The position numbers and the translations under genes are program-made. From a virus (lineage: Duplodnaviria > Heunggongvirae > Uroviricota > Caudoviricetes): a DNA stretch of 64,000 nucleotides. The notes under the pieces are model-generated. The model was not told the origin of the DNA. It searched no databases and saw only the letters and a program-made list of their open reading frames with translations. The number at the start of each line of letters is the position of its first letter. The first letter of the stretch is position 1. This document shows, piece after piece, positions 56,801 to 64,000 of this stretch. Location: positions 1 to 64,000 of IMG/VR virus record IMGVR_UViG_3300044618_002782. One strand, written 5' to 3'.

Positions 56801-59800
56801 GTAGCCGTTTTCTCGGTTTTCAAATACCAATCCCTGATCTTCTAGCAATTTTCCGTAACTGAGTAGAAAATCGCACACACCAGATTCGTTGGTAAACACA
56901 AATCCGTAAGGTACTTGAGCTGTATTATTGGTATAATCCTGTGATACTTTTATCGAAGTATTGCCGGCTGCAATCGTGACAGTGTTGCTACTGGGTCTTG
57001 AAATCAATATTTCAAAATAAGGATCCTGGGAACTATATCCCAAAACTGCATAGCCGTCTGCGACACGCTGAACAATAACCGAGCTGTATATGATCTGTCC
57101 GAACGGCTGATTTTTATACAACATCAGTTGATAACTTTCGTCAGGCAGAATCAAACTAGTATTAAGGCTGTCGGGTGTGGATCTTTCTGTGTAGACCTTG
57201 AGATATTTTTTATCTGTGAATGCTGCTGTTCTCCAGCACAGACGCACGTCAATGTTGTTCAAGGACAAGGTCAGATTGTCTGTGCTGTTGATACCCAATT
57301 GACGGTTATAGTCAATTATCCAATTCAGGTAACTGGCCTTGCTGACACCATTGCCGTACAAGGGAGTAAGATCCTTGGCGTCCAGGCGATAACGCCCGTC
57401 CCAAAGATACTGATCCAGGTCTGCATCAAATACATAACGGTCTCTATCAGCAAACACACTGAAGAACTGTGCAGGTTTGGTCAATGCCAACAGTCGCATG
57501 GCAGAAAATGGCCACGAGCTTGAAGTACGCCAGGTGTTTTCAACTGGTCCGTTGTCGCCAAATTTCCAGCTGCGTCTAAAGCTGGTAGCATCAAAGTTAC
57601 CAACGGTACACTCTAAAGGATTTAATAATTCTCCTTCAGACCCGGCCGGTATCACACTCAGCAGTTCAGGTCGAATATACAAAGGATCAACGTAGGAACC
57701 ATTGGGATCGCGAATTAGACCGGCTGCCAAATCATCCCAAAGAACTGTGTTACCTGATGTGTAGGGTGCAGGACCGTACTGATTTTCCCACCAGTCAGGT
57801 TTTTTGCTAAGTCCTAGCATCTCCCAAGGAGTAGTATTGGGAGTATAGGTATCATAGAAATAGTTGTAAATTCCTCTCCAGGCCCCGACGGACGGCCGAT
57901 TGGTCAATACGTCTGCACTTTGACTGTAATTGTAAGTAAACTCGTCGGATGCTTGATATTCTTGTGTTGTATAATCCAGCTTGTTCCACCCTACCCAGCT
58001 GAGAAAATCCACACTCAGCATGTCGTTGATTTCAGTTTGAGTGTAGTCGGTGGTACGAAATTGTCCAGGCACAACATCTGCTGTACTCAACGGAATAGCA
58101 GTGCCAATTTTGAGGTTATCAAAAATTCTCTTTTCAAATTCCAATAACACCTGATCACGCACATCACGGAATGCCAAGGTGATTGATCCGTCGTGTCCGC
58201 GTATTACAACGCGAGCACTGGTATAACTGTTGTCGATGTATATCTCTGGTTTAAAGGCCGGATACAAACCCAACTTTGTGGGAGTGTTTGGTACAAAACT
58301 ACCGTAGGTAGTGGGATATTCACGAATCTTTATAACATCCCCGATTGTCAACGGTGCAGTAATAGTTACTGTGGGCGAGTCTGCAGAAACTGTGTAATCA
58401 TAACCGTTGATCAGCAATTCACCGTTGAGGAAGATCAATAACCCTTTGAAATTTGCAGAATCAAAATTGTAAGTTTGAAAAGTATCAAATGTGGGTGTGC
58501 TGATAAACGAGTATGTTTCCGATTTCTCTGTGTAAGTTTCACCTGCTGGTATCATGTCAGACCAGTAGAACGGAGAAATCTCACTCTTGCTCAGTGCAAT
58601 TTCCTGCAGTACAATATCTAAAATCTCACTGGCGGTCAAGTTTTCAAAATTGCCTTTAACAGCCAGATCCAACAACAACGCCTTAAATTTGATATATTCT
58701 CTGCTGTTGAATTCCAGTGCTGAGAACAATTCAAATTGTTCTCTTCGCAAAAACACACCAGTCAGTGCCAATGGTGAACTGTGTTGTACAATGATGTCGC
58801 CGTAACGCAAAATGTTACCTAGGTCTCGGCTGTTGTTGGCACCAATAATTGGGCCTTGAATGTTGCGTAAATTTTGACCAATGCTTTCGTAATGAGTACG
58901 TATGGTTCCCAAGGTAAACACATTGCTGTTTTCATTGAGAGGATTATTTTCTAAATTTAACGGAACTTGATAATATCCAACACTGCTGGCCACACTGCTT
59001 ATGGCCTGCACTTCAATTACAGTTCCTATAGGAAGTGGTTCCAATAGAGTTATAACAGTTGTGCTGTTGACAATTTCGTAAACGTAGGTGTCGGGCTCAA
59101 TGAATTTACCTTCGGCAAATATTTGCAATGGCGCAAAAATAGCATCAACATCGACAGGAATATCTAAAGTCAACGGTAATTCTGCATATTCAAATTTAAA
59201 TATTTGGCGACTGATATTTCTTGACTGACTGGATTGCCAACCTATTAGATCACTAAACAATACTCGATCAATATACTGACGTACAAATCCAGTGCTGACA
59301 TTTTGCTCGCGACTTACTCGATCTTCCACATAGATAAATTTTTCAGTGTACAGATAGTTTTCAAAAACAATATCGCCTACGTTGTTAATGTTGAGATATC
59401 TCAACGGAAATCCCAACACAATGTCTTGTATCTGCGTTGTTCCTTGTGCATAGCCAAACAGTTTGCTGCCAGCAAAAGTGCTGCTGGGATAAACTGCTTG
59501 ATTGCTAAAACTAAATCCGTTGCTGTCAATAACATCAAACAGTGGTGGCTGATTGATTCCGGTCTTTTCTTGTGCGGGTAACCAACTTACTCCGTCGAAC
59601 CAAAAACTTTTTCCTTGTTGTTGTATGCCGCTGAGACAGACCACTGTTTGATTGACCAGGGCTATGCCATTGAATGCTGGCACTAAATCAATAATCAAAT
59701 TACCCGAGTTATCAGGATCAATAAATCGCACTTCGTATATTTGGTTACGAACATTGGGATCAGCATCAGCAGCAAAAATAACTCGGCTACCGTTGATGAA

Positions 59801-61894
59801 TGTGTATCCGTCGGTGCTGTATCCTGCTGTTCCGTTTATATTGCTGAATGCATCAGTATTTTCTAGATCTACAATGTTAACTGGCGACTTGCCTTGTGTG
59901 CCAAAATTAAACAAGTTTATATTGGCACGGAATTCAATAACAGGACGTTTAGCACGCAGACTGTTGTTGACATTCAAAATTTGATTGTTGTATTCAGCAG
60001 TGGCAGCAAGGACATCAATGTGGAACCATCGGTTGCTGCGACTCCACGCATTACGGTCAGCACTGGCACGATTGATAGTGATGTAATCTGGGATTTGCGG
60101 TTCATTCAAATTAGAATCGTACGGAGATGAATCGTAACTGGTACTGTCATACGGAACTGATTCGCTGATGGTATATGTTTCAGGAGTTATAAAATCTGTA
60201 ACTGGTATCAATTTAATACCGTTACCGATCATGGCTCCAAACACGCCAGTGGTTGGTAGCGGAGCTCCGGCTGGGCCACCACTGCCAGTGGCCAGTACAC
60301 TTTCTTCAACAGTGTCGTAGATGTACTGTTGGAATTCGTCTTCCTTGTGAACTGGACCTGTCATCTTTCTAGATTGATAGATATGGAACGGACCAAAATA
60401 GGCCTCACCATCAATAAACCCTACCCTAGCATCAATTCCCGGACCGGTACCTACTCCTTCCACATAGTATTCTAAATTTTGAAATTGTGCTGGCTCAATC
60501 AGTCCGCGGAATTGTACTTTTAATCCGTTTGTAAACACCACTCCATTGGGACTGGTATAATTTTTTGCCCCAATAATTTCGTCGATATTGATGAATTGTT
60601 CTTGATCTAAATCGACCAATTTGATTCTGCCAAACAATTCGGGATTGACACTGTCCTGATACCACAAGGTGTCTAGCACTGCTGTCAGCAAAGGTATTTC
60701 TTCAAAGACGCCAGATGCATTTTTATACCATTGGGTACTGGCATATTCAGTGCCAAACAGTACAGCAAACTTGCTGAGGTTTGCCACAGGTAAAATACTG
60801 TTAAGACGAATAAATGGATTGCCGTCAATATCATCGATGTATTGAATTTGCCAAACACTATAACGTTCGCTCACAGGCAAATCTGTGGTTTGATCATAGG
60901 TTAATGTATCGTAGCTGCCGGGCAAGCCATTGTCGATGTCTGTGCGAGGTAACGGATCAAACTGTGTGGTTATTTGCCAACCACCAGATTCGGCGTTGGC
61001 CGTTGTGTTCAAAAATACCAAGGTACGACCGTCGAGATCGGTGATATCATCAATGCCATCGGGATATTGTGCTAAAAATTCACTGACATAAACATTGTTA
61101 ATTTGATTAAATTTCAGCGTGGTTACTAGATCAACATCTTCAATGCTGGGCAACGAATAATAAAAATCTTGTGCTGTTTTTAGTGGTACATTGAAACGAA
61201 CTGTGCCTTGTTGTGTTCCATTGTTGTCTACTCCCAATACGCCGCGGCTGCTGATGTTGGGCGCAAAAGGCATGGTTCCGCTGATACCTGGGGCAGCTTG
61301 AATCCAGAATCCAGCACCGGGCTGATTCACTGTAAACTCATAATTTCCGCCACGCACCAATGTGATGTCAGGGTTTTCGCCGTCGATGTCACTGAAAATA
61401 TAACCATTGGCTTCGCGTGTTATCTCCCAGACATCTGTCAATGCCACTGCTGTTCCAAAAATATCAACCGAGTCAGGTCCACCAGCCAACCAGTAGTATT
61501 GGCTGTAATTAGAAAACTTGTCTAGATCGCAAAAAGAATCCCACGCATAATACTGACTGTCAAAAAGTCGATCTGCTCGAGTGGTGTTGGCGCCTTGCAG
61601 GTCCAGTGCATCCAAGATTCCCGGATAGGTGATGGCATCAATGGGCTGACTGGTATCGGGCTTTAAAAACACAACCCCGGGTTCAAGTTGATAATCAGTT
61701 CTGACCGCTGATGGTTCTGTGACATAATTGTCAGCAGGATTGACACCGGGACCAACTCGACGACCCACATAACCCTGTGTTCGTTTGAGATTGGGTTCTT
61801 GTGTCAACTGATCTAATGTGGCATTTAGAAATTTGCGATTAGTGTCGGTACGAAAAATCTCGGGCAGCAGATCTACGGTACGTGGTATGGCCAT
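47819..61894 (-). CDS. giant structural protein (4691 aa; putative baseplate/fibre-associated protein with internal GDG..T.F.L repeat modules)
   Basis: Single uninterrupted 14,076-nt ORF. Beta-rich S/T/N/G/V composition. At least three copies of a tail-fibre-type repeat: SFTGDASTTVFDLSSIY...DYTVSA..LTFVTAPAAGTTINV, LLGDGTTRVFDVGTIW...NYTYNNTTQQITFSVAPLVSDRIV, LATGTQTVFATENINV...GYTIVDAEPVVVQFTVAPTANYQVTI. Internal opposite-strand ORFs are shadows. Confidence 0.75.
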   Translation of the reverse strand: MAIPRTVDLLPEIFRTDTNRKFLNATLDQLTQEPNLKRTQGYVGRRVGPGVNPADNYVTEPSAVRTDYQLEPGVVFLKPDTSQPIDAITYPGILDALDLQGANTTRADRLFDSQYYAWDSFCDLDKFSNYSQYYWLAGGPDSVDIFGTAVALTDVWEITREANGYIFSDIDGENPDITLVRGGNYEFTVNQPGAGFWIQAAPGISGTMPFAPNISSRGVLGVDNNGTQQGTVRFNVPLKTAQDFYYSLPSIEDVDLVTTLKFNQINNVYVSEFLAQYPDGIDDITDLDGRTLVFLNTTANAESGGWQITTQFDPLPRTDIDNGLPGSYDTLTYDQTTDLPVSERYSVWQIQYIDDIDGNPFIRLNSILPVANLSKFAVLFGTEYASTQWYKNASGVFEEIPLLTAVLDTLWYQDSVNPELFGRIKLVDLDQEQFINIDEIIGAKNYTSPNGVVFTNGLKVQFRGLIEPAQFQNLEYYVEGVGTGPGIDARVGFIDGEAYFGPFHIYQSRKMTGPVHKEDEFQQYIYDTVEESVLATGSGGPAGAPLPTTGVFGAMIGNGIKLIPVTDFITPETYTISESVPYDSTSYDSSPYDSNLNEPQIPDYITINRASADRNAWSRSNRWFHIDVLAATAEYNNQILNVNNSLRAKRPVIEFRANINLFNFGTQGKSPVNIVDLENTDAFSNINGTAGYSTDGYTFINGSRVIFAADADPNVRNQIYEVRFIDPDNSGNLIIDLVPAFNGIALVNQTVVCLSGIQQQGKSFWFDGVSWLPAQEKTGINQPPLFDVIDSNGFSFSNQAVYPSSTFAGSKLFGYAQGTTQIQDIVLGFPLRYLNINNVGDIVFENYLYTEKFIYVEDRVSREQNVSTGFVRQYIDRVLFSDLIGWQSSQSRNISRQIFKFEYAELPLTLDIPVDVDAIFAPLQIFAEGKFIEPDTYVYEIVNSTTVITLLEPLPIGTVIEVQAISSVASSVGYYQVPLNLENNPLNENSNVFTLGTIRTHYESIGQNLRNIQGPIIGANNSRDLGNILRYGDIIVQHSSPLALTGVFLRREQFELFSALEFNSREYIKFKALLLDLAVKGNFENLTASEILDIVLQEIALSKSEISPFYWSDMIPAGETYTEKSETYSFISTPTFDTFQTYNFDSANFKGLLIFLNGELLINGYDYTVSADSPTVTITAPLTIGDVIKIREYPTTYGSFVPNTPTKLGLYPAFKPEIYIDNSYTSARVVIRGHDGSITLAFRDVRDQVLLEFEKRIFDNLKIGTAIPLSTADVVPGQFRTTDYTQTEINDMLSVDFLSWVGWNKLDYTTQEYQASDEFTYNYSQSADVLTNRPSVGAWRGIYNYFYDTYTPNTTPWEMLGLSKKPDWWENQYGPAPYTSGNTVLWDDLAAGLIRDPNGSYVDPLYIRPELLSVIPAGSEGELLNPLECTVGNFDATSFRRSWKFGDNGPVENTWRTSSSWPFSAMRLLALTKPAQFFSVFADRDRYVFDADLDQYLWDGRYRLDAKDLTPLYGNGVSKASYLNWIIDYNRQLGINSTDNLTLSLNNIDVRLCWRTAAFTDKKYLKVYTERSTPDSLNTSLILPDESYQLMLYKNQPFGQIIYSSVIVQRVADGYAVLGYSSQDPYFEILISRPSSNTVTIAAGNTSIKVSQDYTNNTAQVPYGFVFTNESGVCDFLLSYGKLLEDQGLVFENRENGYTLNWTQMAQEFLYWTQQGWATGSIINLNPAATSISVVRANAIVDSINTYTPENIILNQNRQPLPTSELVIDRLDNLFKVSTLTSNTINYLQLKFTAYEHLLVLDNRSIFSDLLYNPVTGVRQSRVLISGWLSGNWNGQLNAPGFILNQDNIVEWVPNRKYAKGEIVLFKNEYWSASNIIQPSTEFNYSLWIKSDYDQIQKGLLPNASNQSLQLSTAYSTYDANLEQEVDLFSYGLIGFRPREYMQALNLDDVSQVNLYQQFLNTKGTLRSAEIFNLADLGKEAAEYQIYEFWAILRSTYGATANRSYFELLLNQALLPSDPSLIQVVLPGETSKADQTVLLQDVWKSSTNLTSPNILPTTIINPTDIGLPTAGYANLDDVDLTAFDLDAVVALDGALDEIGVGTTIWVASVNQYDWHVYRAELVPGTITRVSDNLEGQSLVQFNKAHGLAINDILVIKFFDDSINGIYRVRAVPGITTLLIDYVFDGLQSSITGEGVGFTLQPARVAQAADIADLPYARQLTPGIKVWVDNNGADHWTVLEKIDPFTQPSVVTPTIPLENSLYGASLAQGFRNLSALVGAPGYNPASAATVPGAVYTYVKTDADVYAQNSVLELGTTGTSGYGNAMDMGDQQWAVVGASASNTNRGYAVVVYRDPGSAVFQQWQLLSIDPGSAVTAADEFGYSVTISQDERWVYVGAPGGNIVYVYGRVDYQNQFVVYRVTVTQNFFNYSNHIVIDLDDQLVVSDGSTILTLGIDYIVAGGNVVFSIPPDADSLITITRRATQSFTGDASTTVFDLSSIYTAVNSYSASVYIDDVLQRPVTDYTVSALRALTFVTAPAAGTTINVRAQTYFTPVTSLTVPGVSSTERFGHSVSTTTDGRQVIVGCPDISYTDPVTSQVVQQAGATYVFDRSIQNFQITDSTTVDYTTVQNLVTPTSVILNGVFLLNQQNNIGGTYSVAANTVTVDTDIAVGDVLTIESNQFSLIQTIYSVAPDSASKFGYKLDQCINDCSLYVSAPFADSDYVQSGQVEFNQNQARVYGIITSNIANPTLTTGNTIRINNYFVELTGTTVADLAADINAAGVPNAQASVTADVTLLGDGTTRVFDVGTIWSAAVSYTSRVLINDVVQTDGVNYTYNNTTQQITFSVAPLVSDRIVLVSGRLILSAKNFQSAAVLNKLQVLPGTGTLFANLGWTIYVNLQVITAPIQQNFANFGSGLFISDNTTALLIGAPNGSAITQVTFDAGTTTFDSFSTLFGDTVIQSGVVYSYDFLPAASPTVTNPGQFVFGQQIFDTSITSVDQFGTAIDYTTGTLLIGSPGSDLGDSQSNYGQVVLLKNPEQQPAWKVIRAQQPVVDVSLLNTVFMYDRVSGSQKQYFDYFNPLQGRLLGAVAQNIDYIGAINPAAYNVGEVNNYGNSWRQERVGQIWWDTSNVRFIDTNQDDIVYASRRWGQVFPGSIIQVYQWIASSVSPADYAGPGLPLNTTSYVTSTSLNEQGVFGTQYYFWVTGISTVDRAAKKTLSIETISQYIFSPRSSGISYIAPIDASTIAIYNGLPYISAQDTILHVEYDQQYNDAAVHVEYQLIPEGRADGFLTDSLYLKLQDSFCGVDTAGNPVPDPFLSPSEQYGLEARPRQSMFVNRLMALKNYLVRANTVLKHFPISETRRFNLLNSAEPEPSVFSGEWNLRLANYEELTYQNLAEVALGYKYLVASDSNYRGLWAIYEVVPGPLFGSKALTLIRVQNYDTKQFWNYIDWYLPGYNPATRILVEVPTVSALDAITVPAGSSVKVTANAQGKFEIYQYNNTWTRVGLEDGTIEFQKRLWDYTVDTGRYGFDVEVFDAQFFDQEPIIETRKIIQAINQELFVEDLLIERNRSLTLMFNYVLSEQIAPLWLTKTSLIDVDHTIRDLVPFQIYRRDNQDFVLDYIKEVKPYHVQIREFNLIYKGFDQYLGTINDFDLPAFWDAAQDLFISPILDDSSNVSTTSSFASTDPIWTTFPYNQWYENYLLTLESVTIVDAGEGYTVAPEVVVTGQATREAQMIAKINSLGVIVSIEVTDPGLGYLTTAIIELIGGLPEAQAWVALRPALAGSVIQTPAGLVYRVVTSGVLTAVPPTSTTNPVVSGTAVLTYLGRRARAVAVMGNGLTRSITTTIKYDRYQYQTTIVDWQPEVSYDNGTLVRYDDRVWSADSADSTAVETSTFDPDQWTLVPAGDLSGVNRTMGYYVPTPSEPGLDLALLISGVDYPGVQVKAPGFNQNTGFDVGNYDINPYDNLAFGPEGAPTYDPAILDAIYASEFTDPYLGIGPTAINVAGGAFVDTYSSHAPEELVPGAVFDTLDMRVFSTVGSDWAGDGHGFPLETTKYFYDVDITEYSFADLLNDPVQLRVWNQTIGTQLIPLVNYVVDWVNQTVEIISGVAETDVIVLTVYGLGGGNQLYSNSYNGLDVNTGIILPVPFNLINQVVVFVNGTVITNYTYSYASPGFTRVVFASAYTAEDYVFISAMGATDTTPVLSWSTPQTEYFVYTGSLSFPLSQTLTGTNPANVVVEKNGVRARPSEGVEYIDDGSSLEYYLPTRGGYSQALISDNDVTVYVDNTALVLGTEFFVSPWDGSSRRTVILTDAPPLGSRILISVRTEAQYYISSSNTLIWNSTGSLVPSIGDVISITSWNDTSQQNLLTQVFVGPTTEGVLVAQPYDDTPYDSGLVTNEPGSYDYSAGSQIQTNRFDTGRIITNPSRLQVTLNGLFLFEGSGFTVDGSIVELLGAPISAAQVVAITSVTESVIPGAIAFRIFQDMRGLQSLYRITENTTTTLVQPLSADDTVIYVDDASSLSVPNLPQGIFGLITINGERIAYRARDVVTNTISGLRRGTAGTGAANHAVNTPVYDIGRGNLLPPEYQNYVTAESFLATGTQTVFATENINVIGVDSTEIDDAIEVYVGGLRQTGGYTIVDAEPVVVQFTVAPTANYQVTILVRRGTDIYAAQGDGIALQEQQTLAARFIRGE

Positions 61895-64000
61895 TAATAT
61901 TCACCTGTTTGACTTAAACTACTGCCGGGTCCAGACACTGGATAAAGTCCCGACACAGGAGTTTGACTTCGTATATTACTTTGTGTTAGTGCCTCAATGA
62001 CTTCAATGTCATTTACTGTTGCGGCACTGACAAAAATTTCATTGGGTGCCGATCTAATTTCATAAAGATCACCAAAGGATTTGAGCGGATTCAACGGAAC
62101 CAACACCACCGAACTGATAATAGAACCCAACTGTTCGTGCAGGTATGCAGCAAGTTCACTGAAAAAGAAACTGTCGCCAAAGTCCCATTTGTCAATTGTA
62201 AAATAATTGTTGATGGAGCTGATCACTTGACTTTTGATTTCGCTCAAGCTGGCAGTGGTTTTAGGAGCCCGCACCACTTTGATAGTGGCACGTAGTTCCG
62301 GAGCAGCTTTGATTCCAAACAGGGGCTTGAATATCACACTGTTGAGAACAATGTTGTCAGATATCATTTTGTAATCATTCAGTTGCGAATAGGCCACGGT
62401 CAACTGATCAATAGTGGGCGGCTGTGGTTGAGGTACAGAACCTGTTGTATCTTTGATATAGTTCTGATAAGCAGTGTAATACTCCTGATTCACTATGTAC
62501 AAATCAATAATGTTGGTTGAGCCAGGATCTATCACATTGGTCAATGGACTGTTGTGTCGATACTGAAAATACAAACTTTGGCGACCAACACGACTGATAA
62601 AATCCAGGCGTGGTATCAAGTTACGCTGTACTAGACCATTGATCAATTCCACTCTCAGTTCGTAAAAGTCTTGTTCTTGTGTGGCATAAAACAGTTGGCC
62701 GTTAATAAATTCAGTTTTGACTAGTTCAATAGCATCCTTAGTGGTGTAAGAAGTGTTGATTACTCCGGCAGCCACCGGCAAGTAAGTTTCGGTATCGTCA
62801 AAATCAGTGGTCAATTGCAAGAACACCAATTTGCTGGTTGGATTCACTGTAGGGGCAACAATTTCATTAAAGAAGTCGGGATTATCTGCTACTCCATCGC
62901 CGTTGCTGTCTCGATAGCTGACAACAACTTGATAATCGTCAACGTATCCGTCGCTTTCGACTGGTTGTGCAATAATTTCCATTGTGATGTCACCTGACAG
63001 GGGCAAGTTGCTGTCAGGTCGACTATTGGATTTCAGCACTCGTACAAAATCTTTGATAATTTGTCCTGTACGACTGTCGTAGACTTTTTCACTGCCGTCA
63101 AAGAAAAATCTAGTTTCAATGACACTGGCAAAAACATAATCCAACCCACGCGATATCACAGTGTAACTTTCACCGTTGGTTACAAATTCTATTAACCAGG
63201 AAGCATCAAGATTAACACCTTGAGTATTTTGTGCGTTGGCAAGACTGAATGCAGTATCCACAGCAAGATTGGTGCTGGTAATTAGATACCACGTGCTGTT
63301 CAAGTTATCGTACCCGATACCAAAATTTCTAAACAGCTCAATTTGTTGTAGCATGGACTGCTCTAAAGCACCAGGTAGGTCGTCGATGAATTTAGGAATA
63401 ACTTCGGCCGCTAATGCACCATCTGGTACAAATGTATTCAGAGCTACTGGCCCGTTTCCATCTGGCAAGTTGCCTAGACCATTGTTGATACCATCCAGTA
63501 TCACTGCTGACACTGTGGCCCAAATTTCAAGTTTTTCATCAGCTCTGACAGGTGTGCCGGCTACTAACTTGTTGTTGGCGTCAAAGAAAAACCCAACAGG
63601 CGGAATAAATTTAACCAGGCTGCCCTGTGTCACATAGCGTGCATTGTTGCTGGCATATAATCCAATGGCTTGAGGATTTGAGTTGAACGTGTTATAAAAA
63701 TAACCAGTGGTCTCGTTGACCAATGTGGTGCTTTGATTCCAGGCCAAATTTAAGATTGCCAGATTTGGACGTTCAAAGTTGGCATAGTAAAACTGCAGCA
63801 TACTGCGTGAACTCAGCAAGGGCTCAATGTTGTTGGTGATGATATCCACAATGTCGTTGCGATTGACCCAGTCAAACTCAAAGCTGGGCAGTAGATTTTC
63901 TCGATAAAGAACGCCGTCGCTGGAAAAGATGTTGGTAGAACTGTACTTGCCAGTTACATCAGTCAAGTCAATGTATCGACTGGTACCAGTGGCACTGCGT
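61894..64000 (-). CDS. baseplate/fibre-like structural protein, 5' partial (frame open beyond window end)
   Basis: The first track codon is TTG. 11 further upstream codons to position 64000 contain no stop, so the gene continues outside the window. Its stop overlaps the giant ORF start. Confidence 0.5.
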   Translation of the reverse strand, partial: RSATGTSRYIDLTDVTGKYSSTNIFSSDGVLYRENLLPSFEFDWVNRNDIVDIITNNIEPLLSSRSMLQFYYANFERPNLAILNLAWNQSTTLVNETTGYFYNTFNSNPQAIGLYASNNARYVTQGSLVKFIPPVGFFFDANNKLVAGTPVRADEKLEIWATVSAVILDGINNGLGNLPDGNGPVALNTFVPDGALAAEVIPKFIDDLPGALEQSMLQQIELFRNFGIGYDNLNSTWYLITSTNLAVDTAFSLANAQNTQGVNLDASWLIEFVTNGESYTVISRGLDYVFASVIETRFFFDGSEKVYDSRTGQIIKDFVRVLKSNSRPDSNLPLSGDITMEIIAQPVESDGYVDDYQVVVSYRDSNGDGVADNPDFFNEIVAPTVNPTSKLVFLQLTTDFDDTETYLPVAAGVINTSYTTKDAIELVKTEFINGQLFYATQEQDFYELRVELINGLVQRNLIPRLDFISRVGRQSLYFQYRHNSPLTNVIDPGSTNIIDLYIVNQEYYTAYQNYIKDTTGSVPQPQPPTIDQLTVAYSQLNDYKMISDNIVLNSVIFKPLFGIKAAPELRATIKVVRAPKTTASLSEIKSQVISSINNYFTIDKWDFGDSFFFSELAAYLHEQLGSIISSVVLVPLNPLKSFGDLYEIRSAPNEIFVSAATVNDIEVIEALTQSNIRSQTPVSGLYPVSGPGSSLSQTGEY

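Noticed and set aside
47934-61525. About 30 plus-strand ORFs of 60-194 aa inside the giant minus-strand gene (e.g. 52064..52648, 57128..57523)
   Set aside because: They are opposite-strand shadows of a long beta-rich, low-stop-density coding region. They lack RBSs, overlap each other in different frames, and have biased Cys/Ser-rich composition typical of antisense translation.
1-64000. CRISPR arrays, rRNA, tRNA, integrase/attachment sites, IS elements
   Set aside because: No regularly spaced direct repeats, no rRNA-like conserved blocks, no transposase or integrase-like ORFs. The only direct repeats found are the intragenic 74-bp pair at 20995-21260.

Overview
This 64 kb window reads like part of a large tailed dsDNA bacteriophage genome. 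Its gene content is myovirus- or cyanophage-like, with bacterial sigma70 promoters and ribosome-binding sites and many translationally coupled ATGA overlaps.

It has three parts. (1) Roughly 0-17 kb is an early/accessory region. Mostly small plus-strand genes are driven by at least five copies of one conserved TTGACC-N17-TATAAT promoter. It carries a mix of phage auxiliary and bacterial-like genes: a partial SPFH/band-7 protein, a ParB-like nuclease, a CHASE2-sensor class III nucleotidyl cyclase, a putative lysis/spanin-like operon, a rubrerythrin-like protein, a GDSL hydrolase, a metallophosphoesterase, a PP-loop enzyme, a TctA-like permease with a secreted binding-like protein, a MoxR/CobS-like AAA+ ATPase with a VWA+HExxH partner, and ThyX. 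(2) Roughly 17.3-44.6 kb is a dense biosynthetic island. It holds an NAD-dependent epimerase/dehydratase, a DegT-type aminotransferase, a glycine/inosamine-type amidinotransferase, a NodU/CmcH-type carbamoyltransferase, an APS-kinase-like/nucleotidyltransferase fusion, a sulfotransferase-like protein, two SGNH-like hydrolases, at least four paralogous glycosyltransferase-like proteins, and six radical SAM enzymes in two three-member paralog families. This is the most likely candidate for a previously undescribed system, probably an elaborate modified-sugar or glycan pathway. (3) Roughly 44.6-64 kb is a structural module on the minus strand: fibre-like proteins, a giant 4691-aa ORF, and a 5'-truncated baseplate/fibre-like gene running off the window end.

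No tRNA, rRNA or CRISPR array was seen. All functional calls come from motifs read directly in the translations; no database search was possible.
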